Below the pieces are notes generated by a model. The model worked only from the letters and a program-made list of their open reading frames with translations. It did not search any database and was not told the origin of the DNA. Positions 1 to 9,567 of a stretch of 64,000 nt of DNA are shown one piece after another. Both the position numbers and the translations under genes were made by a program. The stretch's first letter is position 1; each line of letters opens with the position of its first letter. Origin of the DNA: Candidatus Latescibacterota bacterium (GTDB taxonomy: Bacteria > Latescibacterota > UBA2968 > GCA-2709665); assembly GCA_965237675.1 (NCBI GenBank), contig OZ250150.1, forward strand, positions 4,192,001 to 4,256,000. The letters run 5' to 3'.

Positions 1-1119
1 CATATTGACAGCGTTGATGCGTCGAATAGAAAACTCTTTATGCAATGCAGCTTCCAGTTTGGGAGCTTCATCGGAGTAAATCATTGCGTGGGTGTCAAAG
101 CGAAAGGGAACACTAGCATCACCAAGCTCTCTAACGCGGTCATCTGGGTCTACTCGTCTGGTCAAACCGATCTTGACTACGTCTTGGCCAAAGGAGCCGA
201 TATTGGAAATTACATATACATATCCAGATGTTGTCATCTCCGCCATCGACCTCGCCCGATCGCTGGTGGCGCGTGCCTGTGCTAGCGAATCTTCAAGTTC
301 AGCAATTCGCTTTTCATCGACACCCACTTCTTTTCGCGCCTTTTCCAATAAAATTCGGTATTTTCGCTCTTCTTCCTCGGCGACCTTCGCATCTGCTAAG
401 AGTTTTCTTTCCTCGCGTTCCGCCCGTGCAAGTTCGGCGCGTTCGTCCTTTTCGTTCTTTAGCTGTTCACGGTATTCGTGCGTCAAATGTAGTTCGTCAA
501 GTTTGAGTTTAACGTATGATTCATTTATCGTGATTTGAAGAGATGCGTTGGCGTTGTCGATTTGTTTGGTGGCGTTGAGGATACGCTTTTCCAATGCTTT
601 GACATTATTCCAACGTGTATTTGCGATCGCCGCTGTGCACTCGCCATTGAAGGCGCGCAATGATAGACGCACTTGACGATTGACTAGAGTCTTCCCTTTA
701 GATGAGCTTCCATCAAGAGTTACATCCTCCGGACAAATCGTCGCTGTTTTAGCCGACACCATTTTCTTCTGCGACGCTCTGATCTTCTTTATCTTTCTCT
801 TGTAAGTCTCACTATCGCTATAGTCGAAATGAGGCTCATATACGCCAAACTGAGCAAATGAGATACGCTCATCATATACTGCAACCTCTTGTTCGAGATC
901 TTCTAGCAAGCTTCGTTTTTCTGAGTATGTAGATCGTGTGACCTCTATCTCTTGCTGGATTTTATCAGCCTCATTCTTAAGTCGATCTACCTCTGCCTCC
1001 ATTGATATCACCGGGGAAAACTTGGAAATGAGCTTCTTAAGCTCTGATTTTGATTTCAACCAAATAACGAAAAACAAGATCATCAGAAGGAAACTTAGAA
1101 ACATCCATAGGTCGTACAT
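1..1119 (-). CDS. DUF4041 / T5orf172 (GIY-YIG-like, Mug113) domain protein, 3'-truncated by window edge
   Basis: Not in the ORF track because it runs off the edge. Manual translation from ATG 1119 (AGGAAGG RBS) gives a hydrophobic N-terminus MYDLWMFLSFLLMILFFVIWLK, a coiled-coil middle, then VYVISNIGSFGQDVVKIGLTRRVDPDDRVRELGDASVPFRFDTHAMIYSDEAPKLEAALHKEF, typical of DUF4041-T5orf172 proteins. Confidence 0.85.
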   Translation of the reverse strand, partial: MYDLWMFLSFLLMILFFVIWLKSKSELKKLISKFSPVISMEAEVDRLKNEADKIQQEIEVTRSTYSEKRSLLEDLEQEVAVYDERISFAQFGVYEPHFDYSDSETYKRKIKKIRASQKKMVSAKTATICPEDVTLDGSSSKGKTLVNRQVRLSLRAFNGECTAAIANTRWNNVKALEKRILNATKQIDNANASLQITINESYVKLKLDELHLTHEYREQLKNEKDERAELARAEREERKLLADAKVAEEEERKYRILLEKARKEVGVDEKRIAELEDSLAQARATSDRARSMAEMTTSGYVYVISNIGSFGQDVVKIGLTRRVDPDDRVRELGDASVPFRFDTHAMIYSDEAPKLEAALHKEFSIRRINAVNM

Positions 1120-1605
1120 TTGCTTTGCCCTTCCTACTTGTTTCCCCTTTACGGAGAGTGGTGAGCGATAAGCCTATCGTGGGAAGAATCGTTAGTGATT
1201 GGCTCGACCCGCCGTGCGGGTCTTCTTCAGTTCCAACTAAATCATAACACTTTCAGGACACGGGCATCAACACGTACAGAATGTCCAACTTCGCCTGCTG
1301 CTTCTCTCAAACACATAATTGGCCGGGAGTAATTTGGTACCAGCGACAGATTTCGCCGATCGTTACATCGGTATCGCGTAATAACTTCAGGATGCACAAC
1401 TTGCCTTCCTCGCTGCAGGTTCGGTGATCCTTATTCGTAGATGGGCGGCACCACCCTACCCACAATTTACTCTTGTCTGACGAGGTTAGAAAACGGAAAA
1501 TCTTACTCCCAATGATTGCTTACCTGTGGCACTCAAATTTTAGCTACGCATCACTCACATAATCTTTTATCAAGATTCCGTTGTTGTCGACGAGGAGATT
1601 AGACA

Positions 1606-1972
1606 ATGGGTACATGCCGACGACGTACTGGCGCTTCCGGTTGAAGACATCGACAGAGCTTCAACGTGGTATTGTAACGCGTTCGGGTTCAACGAAGTAA
1701 ATCGACATAGTGATCCGGTTCCAACAGTCGTGCTCGAACGGGACGGCGTCCGGATCGGATTCGCCGTCAATGGCGGCGACCCGGGACAGGAAGGCGCCGC
1801 CATCCGGGTTTCCGATATTCACAGAGCGCGACGGGAGTTGGAAGCCAGGGGGATCCAGACCGGTAATTGGCGCGTCGACGAGAGAGATGCACAGAAGTTC
1901 CAGGTGTTTTTCGTCGTCGCTCCGGACGCCCTCTGCTATTATTTCCACCAGCCGATCGAAAACGCAGACTGA
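1606..1972 (+). CDS. VOC/glyoxalase-family protein; 5' end apparently frameshifted or with a non-canonical start
   Basis: The frame of ORF 1730-1972 extends upstream as DDVLALPVEDIDRASTWYCNAFGFNEV, a VOC beta-alpha start, and ends FFVVAPDALCYYFHQP. The only RBS+ATG (GAGGAG...ATG 1606) is in another frame. Confidence 0.6.
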
Positions 1973-1978
1973 AAATAA

Positions 1979-2008
1979 GAAGCCGGACCCCCCGGGGCCC
2001 GGCTTTCT
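1979..2008. terminator. Probable bidirectional intrinsic terminator
   Basis: Hairpin AAGCCGGACCCC/GGGGCCCGGCTTT between convergent genes. Confidence 0.55.
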
Positions 2009-2050
2009 GTACTGTCACCCTTCAGCGAAAGAGGATGTCGGGGCGATCGC

Positions 2051-2746
2051 TTATCGTCCCTTCTTCCTCTTTTTCTCCTTCCAGGCGAAGGACTTGGGGA
2101 TGTAAGCGGCAGCATCCGGCGTCTTGCAGTTCGTTACACCGTGGTCCACCTCCACGGGGCCGATCCGCTTCGCGGCCGCAATCGCCCGATCGCGATACGT
2201 CGCGTTATACGTCCCGATTGCAATCAGCGCGTTGTTCATCGCATAGCGGACGCGGTTCGGTTGGCTGTAAATTTGCGACTCGATCTTCTCCAGACAGACG
2301 TCCAGGAGTTCCTCATTGACATCGTCGTGGTCGTTCAGGACCATCTCCGTAAAGGTGTTCCAGCCCGCGGTTGCGACCCACTCTCCTCGTCTGGATGTCC
2401 ATTTCCTGAAACGGGCCACGCCGGTCGGCGCTGCGCTGGCCAGCGTTCCCAACTCCCCAGCCAGGATGGAATTGTCGATTTCGCACGCCCAGAGGTCGAG
2501 TCGGGAAGCGTTCATCTTCGAGGGATCGGCGACACGTGCGGCCAGCGCCCGCGCGTCGTGATTGCCCGTGGCCCACAACGCCTGGGCGAGTTGTTGGTCC
2601 CGTTTGATCCGCCGAACCAGCTTGTTCAGGTTGGCATAGCTGACGCCATACATCGGCAGGTTGACCCCATGGCGCGCGTAGACCTTACGGTTCTGCGAAG
2701 TACCCAGTTCTTCCAGCGCTGTGAGTGTTTCGTCGAGCGTCATCAT
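2051..2746 (-). CDS. DNA alkylation repair protein (AlkD-like HEAT-repeat family)
   Basis: YGVSYANLNKLVRRIKRDQQLAQALWATGNHDARALA, RVRYAMNNALIAIG and IGPVEVDHGVTNCKTPDAAAYI are characteristic of this family. Confidence 0.85.
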   Translation of the reverse strand: MMTLDETLTALEELGTSQNRKVYARHGVNLPMYGVSYANLNKLVRRIKRDQQLAQALWATGNHDARALAARVADPSKMNASRLDLWACEIDNSILAGELGTLASAAPTGVARFRKWTSRRGEWVATAGWNTFTEMVLNDHDDVNEELLDVCLEKIESQIYSQPNRVRYAMNNALIAIGTYNATYRDRAIAAAKRIGPVEVDHGVTNCKTPDAAAYIPKSFAWKEKKRKKGR

Positions 2747-2791
2747 TTCCTCATATGGCTGGCAATTCGAGACCCTTCGATGGAAACGGCC

Positions 2792-3214
2792 TCAGTTTTC
2801 AGGATATTCGAAATTGACTTGCCACCTGATGCCGAACCTGTCGATGCACATGCCAAAATAGGCCCCCCAGAAAGCGACTTCCATTGGCATCACCGTTGTG
2901 CCCCGCTCCGACAGGCCGGCAAACACCCGGTCGGCTTCGTCCTTTCCGTCAGGGCTGACCGTAATCGAAAAGTTGGTGCCCACATCGGGCGGGGGACCGA
3001 ACGCAGAGCATGTGTCGCTGCCCATAAGCACACTGGAACCGATCGGCAATGACACGTGCATAATCCGGTCACGTTCGCTTTCCGGGACAGACATATCCGG
3101 CGGTCCGTCGCCAAAGGTCTGGATGAACAGAAATTCTCCTCCGAATACGGAACGGTAGAACTCAAACGCTTCCCGACATTGGTTGTCGAAGGTCAAATAG
3201 GTGTTGAGTCTCAC
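2792..3214 (-). CDS. VOC family protein (PhnB/YjdN-like)
   Basis: MRLNTYLTFDNQCREAFEFYRSVFGG...RIMHVSLPIG...LMGSD...FWGAYFGMCIDRFGIRWQVN. GTG start at 3214 after a GGAGG RBS. Confidence 0.9.
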   Translation of the reverse strand: MRLNTYLTFDNQCREAFEFYRSVFGGEFLFIQTFGDGPPDMSVPESERDRIMHVSLPIGSSVLMGSDTCSAFGPPPDVGTNFSITVSPDGKDEADRVFAGLSERGTTVMPMEVAFWGAYFGMCIDRFGIRWQVNFEYPEN

Positions 3215-3361
3215 AGATTCCTCCCCGGTGGTGTCTGGCAAGAGGCCCGCAACGACCGGGGACAATCGATCATGCGACCCTCCGCAAGGCGACGACGGCC
3301 CGGATTGAGGCGCCGGTTTCGCCGAAACCTTTGAAACCGTTTCGACACCGGCCCTGCCTGT

Positions 3362-4618
3362 CTACAGATACAGACCGATCATACAGCCCGTAAGCATTGT
3401 CGCGAGGGTCCCGCCCACAAGGGACCGGAGCCCTAACCGGGCCATGTCGCCACGCCTGTCGGGGGCAATCACGCCGATACCGCCAATCATGATCGCGACA
3501 GAACCGAAGTTTGCAAATCCGCACAATGCGTACGCCGTGATAACAAAGGCACGTTGATTGAGCGGGTCAGGTCCGCTCATCAGCCGAGCCAGATCCAGAT
3601 AGGCTACAAACTCGTTGAGAATCGTCTTCAAGCCCATCAGTTCGCCAACGACGCGGGCTTCGGCCCAGGTAATCCCCATCAGCCAGACGAACGGGCGAAA
3701 CAGCCAGCCGGCGGCCGCCTGCAGGCTCCAGCCGCTGGGCCCGGCGTTGACCAACACGTCTATTTTGCCGATGACGAGGTTGGCAAGGGCGACGAGGCCA
3801 ATGAAGGCGATGAGCATGGCGAGGATGTTGATTACCATGCGCATGCCGTCAGAGGCGCCGCGAGCCGCGGCGTCGAGACCGTTCAGCGTATCGTCGCGCG
3901 GGAGTTCCACCTGCCTGCGTGACGTGACGGGCTCGCCGGTCTCCGGGATCATGAGTTTCGCCACCGCAATCGCCGCCGGAGCGCTGATCAGAGAAGCCGT
4001 GAACAGATGGCCGGCGATGTCCGGATGGGCGGAGCCCAGAATGGTGGCGTATATCACCATCACGGTACCCGCAATCGTGGCCATACCCACGGTCATCAGA
4101 CAAAACAGCTCGCTCTCGGTCATGCGGTTCACATAGGGTCTTATGAGCAGCGGGGATTCCGTCATACCCAGAAACACGTTGCCCGCGGATCCGACGCTCT
4201 CGGCTGAACTGAGACCGAGCAACTTCTGCATAGCCGCACTCACCCGACCAATTATCCAGGGCAGGATCCGGTAGTGGTAGAGCATACGCGAGACTGCGGC
4301 CACAAAGATCAGTATTGAGGCGATTTCCAGGGCCACCACGGGGCCGTATTGTTTCGTGAATTCTGGGTTTGAAATACCCGAGAAAAGCAGCGACTCGTTG
4401 GCCTTCAGCGCTGCCACACGCAGCATGTCCGTCAGGGCGCCGACGACGCCGAAGACGTAATGCCGCAGCCCCGTCTGAACGAGGATGCCGGTCAGCAGCA
4501 GCTGCAGACCACTGGCAACCGCGATCGTCTTCCAGGGGATTCGCGTCGTGCGCCGGCCCAGCGACCAGGCAATGGCCAGCAGCACGACATATCCGATGGC
4601 GCTGTGCAGCAACGTCAC
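3362..4618 (-). CDS. nupC: Concentrative nucleoside transporter (NupC/CNT family)
   Basis: Motifs NVFLGMTESPLLIRPY, GMATIAGTV, KTILNEFVAY and YALCGFANFGSVAIMIGGIG; many TM segments. Confidence 0.92.
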   Translation of the reverse strand: MTLLHSAIGYVVLLAIAWSLGRRTTRIPWKTIAVASGLQLLLTGILVQTGLRHYVFGVVGALTDMLRVAALKANESLLFSGISNPEFTKQYGPVVALEIASILIFVAAVSRMLYHYRILPWIIGRVSAAMQKLLGLSSAESVGSAGNVFLGMTESPLLIRPYVNRMTESELFCLMTVGMATIAGTVMVIYATILGSAHPDIAGHLFTASLISAPAAIAVAKLMIPETGEPVTSRRQVELPRDDTLNGLDAAARGASDGMRMVINILAMLIAFIGLVALANLVIGKIDVLVNAGPSGWSLQAAAGWLFRPFVWLMGITWAEARVVGELMGLKTILNEFVAYLDLARLMSGPDPLNQRAFVITAYALCGFANFGSVAIMIGGIGVIAPDRRGDMARLGLRSLVGGTLATMLTGCMIGLYL

Positions 4619-4957
4619 CGCCTATCTCCTGTTGGGAACGGGGGTCTGGAGGACGGTGCAGGACATGAAAAGCCGGTCGGGGCACCGCCTGACACCTCAG
4701 GCCGAAAAATACCCGAAAATGGAGAGACCGTCAAGCGTATTCCCCCCCGATAGCGCGTCGTTGGCCTGGTATCACTTGACAAGAATGAGTGAAATCCCTA
4801 TTGTTGAGTTTGCTGTCTCGGTCTGGTCGCGGGGTCAGTCGACCTGTGTCGGATTTGCCATCCATACCGATACAAATCAACCGAAATACGATGGAAATGC
4901 CACACGCCCTCCGTTCCGTTCCAACGCCGTCCGGGATCCTAAACCGACGAGGTATCC

Positions 4958-6031
4958 GTGCCGTCTGATACGCCGGAAAAAACCGCTCTGATCACTGGAA
5001 TCACCGGTCAGGACGGTTCCTATCTCGCAGAATACCTGATCGGAAAAGGTTACGTTGTGCACGGCATCATACGCCGGGCTTCGCTGTTCAATACGGATCG
5101 GATCGATCACCTCTTTGCGGACCCTCATGAGCCGGACCGGCGGATGATCCTGCACTATGGAGACCTCACCGATACGACCAGTCTGATTCGGATCATTCAG
5201 CAAGTACGCCCGCGTGAAATCTACAATCTCGGCGCGCAGAGTCACGTGGCGGTGTCCTTTGAGACTCCGGAATATACAGCGAAGGTGGCGGCGCTGGGGG
5301 CGCTCCATCTGCTCGAAGCCATCCGCATTTGCGGTCTTTCGGATCGAACGCGCTTCTACCAGGCATCGAGTTCGGAAATGTTCGGCAAGGCGACCGAGAC
5401 ACCCCAGAGGGAATCGACTCCGTTTTATCCCCGGTCGCCCTACGCCGTGGCCAAGGTGTACGCCTATTGGATCACGGTGAATTACCGCGAAGCGTATGAC
5501 ATTTTCGCCTGCAACGGTATCCTGTTCAACCACGAGTCTCCAGTACGCGGCGAGACGTTCGTAACCCGGAAGATCACCCGGCGGCTGGCCCGCGTAAAAG
5601 CCGGTCTGGACGAATGCGTTTACCTGGGCAATCTCGACGCACGGCGAGATTGGGGTCACGCCCGGGACTATGTCCGCGCCCAATGGCTGATGCTCCAACA
5701 GTCCAGGCCCGACGACTATGTCATCGCGTCGGGGCACCAGCATTCGGTGCGCGCATTTGTGAATCTCGCCGCTGAATACCTGGGTCTGGAATTAGAGTGG
5801 CGCGGACAGGGAGCCGACGAAGTCGCGCGCAATACAGCGACGGGGAGGGCTGTCGTGCGCATCGACAGGAGGTACTTTCGGCCGACCGAAGCCCATTCAC
5901 TTCTGGGTGATGCGTCGAAAGCGCACAACCAACTCGGCTGGCGTCCAGAGACTAGCTTCAGAGATCTGGTTCGGGAAATGGTTGAGGCCGACCGGCGCCT
6001 GGCCGAGCGCGAGGCGTCTGCGCAGCCCTGA
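4958..6031 (+). CDS. gmd: GDP-mannose 4,6-dehydratase
   Basis: [58 protein letters not shown] and [10 protein letters not shown]. Confidence 0.97.
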   Translation: MPSDTPEKTALITGITGQDGSYLAEYLIGKGYVVHGIIRRASLFNTDRIDHLFADPHEPDRRMILHYGDLTDTTSLIRIIQQVRPREIYNLGAQSHVAVSFETPEYTAKVAALGALHLLEAIRICGLSDRTRFYQASSSEMFGKATETPQRESTPFYPRSPYAVAKVYAYWITVNYREAYDIFACNGILFNHESPVRGETFVTRKITRRLARVKAGLDECVYLGNLDARRDWGHARDYVRAQWLMLQQSRPDDYVIASGHQHSVRAFVNLAAEYLGLELEWRGQGADEVARNTATGRAVVRIDRRYFRPTEAHSLLGDASKAHNQLGWRPETSFRDLVREMVEADRRLAEREASAQP

Positions 6032-6107
6032 CTGTTGATTGCCACCTTCCGGACGGTCCCGTTAGACCCCGCGTTCCCTGACCTCCAGAGCAGATCACCC
6101 TACACCG

Positions 6108-7424
6108 ATGAAGGCCAAGACAGAGAGATCGGTCAGATCCATGGGCGACACAACGCTATTCGATGCTTCATACGAAAAACGCAAGAAACCGTTGCTTAAA
6201 CAGGTGCTGGAGCAGCTGTATCCCATATACTCTCCGGAAGAGCGTGAGGTCATTCGCATCGATTCCATCAGCAGGGTCCTGCTCTCACGTCCTTCGGGGC
6301 GGGGCTTTGTCAACCGGGATATCCTCGAAACCGTCCTGGGCAACCTGCTCGAATGCGCGGCCCCCGGTTCACACAACGTTCAGGCAGCCGGTCCCTCGGA
6401 CAGCCTTGAGGATGAAATCGGAGAGATCGCCGACCAGATCTATGCCATGATCGCGCAGTCGTTCCTGGCAGCGGAAGGAAACGGCAGAGATATCGAAACG
6501 CCAGCCCTTGAAGCCACCTTTGCGCTGCTGGCGGAACTGCCGCGCCTCAAGAGCCGCGTCCTTTGGAACCGATTCGCTTCGCTCAAGGATCCGGCCGTAT
6601 GGGATGCGTATATCGTGACCCAAAAACCAACCTGTATGGACATGCTGGCGGACATTGACCACGGCCCGGTGCTGGACAGCGCAATCGATGGACGTGATTT
6701 CGCACCCTATCGAGAGTTTCTGAAGACCCGGGATCTGGACTTTGCATTCGACTACCTCATGCAACTCGTCATCAGCACCTACCCCGGCTGGCGGGTGCTC
6801 TTCTACCACGACGTGGCCCACGCCCTCACGAGATCCGGCCCGATTGAGGGCCTTCCATGTATTGAACGGCTTCCAGTCCCGCTTCTGCCACGCGCCATAT
6901 CTGAACTGGGCGGCCGGTATTACCAGGCCGACCTGCATCCCGAGACCGTGATCGGCGACGCCAACTTCCTGGATCATCCGCACCGGGGTCTGACAACCGG
7001 CCAGACCGGTGTGATCGGCTCCGGATGTTACATCTATCCATGCACGATGGGTGGTCTCAGTGGCAAGGTCAGGCATCGGCATCCTGAAATCGGGGATCAC
7101 GTCCAGATAGGGACCGACGCCACCCTGCTGGGGCCCGTCAAGATCGGTAATCAAACGACCGTCGGTCCCAATACCCAAGTCTACGGCTATGTGCAAACCG
7201 ACACGGAATGCCGCATTGCCTCGTCGGTTGTCGTCGGTACCGTCTTGAGCGGCGAAAGGAGGCCGGGCAGAATCCGTCTGGGCAAGGGCGTTCGCGTCGG
7301 TGACGGAACCGTGATTGAAAACAGCACCGAACTCGACCTGATTATCCCCGACAAAGCCGAGATTCCGGCCCGAAGCCTCGTCATAAACGACGGCTTCGGC
7401 AATCCGCGTTTCGTGCGGGAATAA
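6108..7424 (+). CDS. Serine O-acetyltransferase (CysE)-like left-handed beta-helix acyltransferase with divergent long N-terminus
   Basis: ADLHPETVIGDANFLDHPHRG...GGLSGKVRHRHPEIGDHVQIGTDATLLGPVKIG parallels the CysE DIHP...DH...RHP motifs; hexapeptide repeats continue to the C-terminus. Confidence 0.7.
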   Translation: MKAKTERSVRSMGDTTLFDASYEKRKKPLLKQVLEQLYPIYSPEEREVIRIDSISRVLLSRPSGRGFVNRDILETVLGNLLECAAPGSHNVQAAGPSDSLEDEIGEIADQIYAMIAQSFLAAEGNGRDIETPALEATFALLAELPRLKSRVLWNRFASLKDPAVWDAYIVTQKPTCMDMLADIDHGPVLDSAIDGRDFAPYREFLKTRDLDFAFDYLMQLVISTYPGWRVLFYHDVAHALTRSGPIEGLPCIERLPVPLLPRAISELGGRYYQADLHPETVIGDANFLDHPHRGLTTGQTGVIGSGCYIYPCTMGGLSGKVRHRHPEIGDHVQIGTDATLLGPVKIGNQTTVGPNTQVYGYVQTDTECRIASSVVVGTVLSGERRPGRIRLGKGVRVGDGTVIENSTELDLIIPDKAEIPARSLVINDGFGNPRFVRE

Positions 7425-7457
7425 AAAAGCGGAGCGTACGTTACGGATGCTCCGCTT
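7424..7457. terminator. Intrinsic terminator hairpin
   Basis: AAAAAGCGGAGCGT...ATGCTCCGCTT between convergent genes; poly-T on the minus strand. Confidence 0.6.
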
Positions 7458-7602
7458 CCTCCGGACTTCACAACCGATCGTATGGACTCCGTGCCGACCC
7501 CTTTATTTACTTTCGATTCCGACACCTGGTATCGTCACAGGCGGTTCGGCCGCGTGCGACGACCGTGCGCGGAAACGCAATCGTGATGCCTCGCTTGGCT
7601 CG

Positions 7603-8430
7603 CTACCGGGGCGCTTCTTTGCGGAACACGATATCGGCATACCATGCCGACGCCCTGCTGTCCGTATTGTCCGTATCCGTCATCAGGTAGACCCGCAGAA
7701 TCTTGCCTGGTTCCTCCCCCGGGTATCCCCTCTTGTAGTCCTCGTAAAGATTCCGCACTTCCCGCACCCACCGCTTCATCCGCCCCGGCCCGCTTTCCGC
7801 GACAATTCGCCGCCACGCCAGCTTCCAGACAAATGGGATGATCGTGGTTTCCGTTGTAAACATCGACGACTCCGGCAGTGTATTGGACCATACGTAGGCG
7901 ATCTCCCGGATGTTGTTGGTGCCCTTCTCCAGGATCGCAATCCCCAATTTCGCGCTGAAATCGTCGTCTTGCTTCTTCAACCTGCCGCCCTTATCCAGCC
8001 GCTGACGTCCGATCGTGGAATAGTCCACCTTCCAGCGCCAGGTCAAATAGGGATTCTCGGCCACATCGATCAGTGTGTCAAACCCACGCTTTCTGATTGC
8101 CTTTTCAAAGTTCCTGGGCGGCCGCTTACACTTCCCGATCCACGGATAGCGGTCCGGATCCAGCGCCATGGGACGGCCCGATCGTGTCGGGATCTGCCAT
8201 AGCAGCGCGGCAGACCCTTCGCTGACAAAGCGGACCGTATTGTTCGTATACTGGAATTTCGTCGTTGTTTTGCATTCCGCCCAATCCCTCTGCAACCACG
8301 TGCCCATGTCAACCGGCAGCCGGTCTCCTCCCACCTTTCCCATTGCAGAATCAACGCTGCCTAACCACGTGAAAATAAAGCAGACAAAACAACAAATCAT
8401 CCGGGCATCCACCATGCTGATACTTACCAC
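7603..8430 (-). CDS. DUF3047 domain-containing exported protein
   Basis: Signal-like N-terminus, PYLTWRWKV, DDDFSAKLGI, IAYVWS, WVREVRNLYEDYKRGY and LMTDTDNTDSRASAWYADIVF. Confidence 0.85.
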   Translation of the reverse strand: MVSISMVDARMICCFVCFIFTWLGSVDSAMGKVGGDRLPVDMGTWLQRDWAECKTTTKFQYTNNTVRFVSEGSAALLWQIPTRSGRPMALDPDRYPWIGKCKRPPRNFEKAIRKRGFDTLIDVAENPYLTWRWKVDYSTIGRQRLDKGGRLKKQDDDFSAKLGIAILEKGTNNIREIAYVWSNTLPESSMFTTETTIIPFVWKLAWRRIVAESGPGRMKRWVREVRNLYEDYKRGYPGEEPGKILRVYLMTDTDNTDSRASAWYADIVFRKEAPR

Positions 8431-8438
8431 CCCTTAAA

Positions 8439-9557
8439 TTAGATCGACATGATCTCTTGATAGACCTCAAGGGTCTTTCGCGCGCAATCCCGCCACGTGA
8501 AACGGGAGGCCTGACGCCGCCCCTTGACCGCAAGACGTTCCCGCAATGCCTCATCCCGTATCAATCGTATCATACCGTTGGCAATGGACCCGACATCCAG
8601 CGGGTTCACAAGGACGGCCGCATCACCGGCGATTTCCGACAGAGACGACGCATCCGACGTCAACACAGGACAACCGCTGGCCATCGCCTCGATCACAGGC
8701 AGCCCAAAACCCTCTGCGATAGATGGAAAAACGAAAAATGCGGCCTCGTCAAAGCAGGCCCGAACGTCGCCATCGCTCAGTTGCTCGGTAAATAGGACGT
8801 TTCGAGTGATCCCAAGGTTCCGGGCGAGTTCTGCCAGGGTGGCGTACCCATCGCCCCGACCGCTGATCAGCAGGTACAGGTCCGGACATTGTTTCGAGAC
8901 CACGCCGAAGGCCTCGATCAGCCGCCGGATATTCTTATATGGCTTTGTATTGCCCAGAGAGAAGATGAATCGCCGGCCGCGGCAGACTGCCGGAAGCGCA
9001 CCCGCAAGAATGTCTTCCCTGTACGACCCGTCACTTCCGTGATGAATCACCGTGTATTTCGAAGGCGATCCAGGAAATCGCGCGAGTGCGTCCTGCCGCG
9101 TCGTTTCTGAAACCGCAATCACATGATGGGCCATCTTCACGGACTTCCCGATCCATGGACCCGCGAAACGACGCGCCATCCATCCCCGCCAACGCGCTTC
9201 GTAGGCGATATCCGGAAAGTTGATCCAAATCAGATCATGGAGGGTGAGGACAATCCGCCTGGCGCGGACCCCGATCGGAAGAAGATGGAAGAGACAATGG
9301 TATATGTCGGCCCGGAGCGGATTCACAACCCCGGCGCCCCGGATGATATTCCAACCCGTTGAAATACCGTAAGGAACCGCGATATCCGTAAAATTCGGCT
9401 GAACCACCAGTGGACGCGGATAGGTGGCCCGCCGGAGCAACACGTAATCGTTGTGCCGATCCAGCCGCGCGATGGCGCTGACCAGACGGAACGCATACCT
9501 GCCCACGCCGGTTTCAACATTCCGGACCTCTCGCGCGTCGATACAGATCCTCACCAC
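8439..9557 (-). CDS. Glycosyltransferase family 4
   Basis: RICIDAR...TGVGRY, LTLHDLI, KPYKNI and FVFPSIAEGFGLPVIEAMASGCPV; GTG start after GAGGAG. Confidence 0.93.
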   Translation of the reverse strand: MVRICIDAREVRNVETGVGRYAFRLVSAIARLDRHNDYVLLRRATYPRPLVVQPNFTDIAVPYGISTGWNIIRGAGVVNPLRADIYHCLFHLLPIGVRARRIVLTLHDLIWINFPDIAYEARWRGWMARRFAGPWIGKSVKMAHHVIAVSETTRQDALARFPGSPSKYTVIHHGSDGSYREDILAGALPAVCRGRRFIFSLGNTKPYKNIRRLIEAFGVVSKQCPDLYLLISGRGDGYATLAELARNLGITRNVLFTEQLSDGDVRACFDEAAFFVFPSIAEGFGLPVIEAMASGCPVLTSDASSLSEIAGDAAVLVNPLDVGSIANGMIRLIRDEALRERLAVKGRRQASRFTWRDCARKTLEVYQEIMSI

Positions 9558-9567
9558 GACTCCTCTC

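Noticed and set aside
2141-3052. 303-aa plus-strand ORF, and similar long shadows such as 4877-5743, 16707-17747, 20507-21574, 24150-25064 and 43939-44961
   Set aside because: They overlap well-supported genes on the opposite strand and lack recognisable domains.
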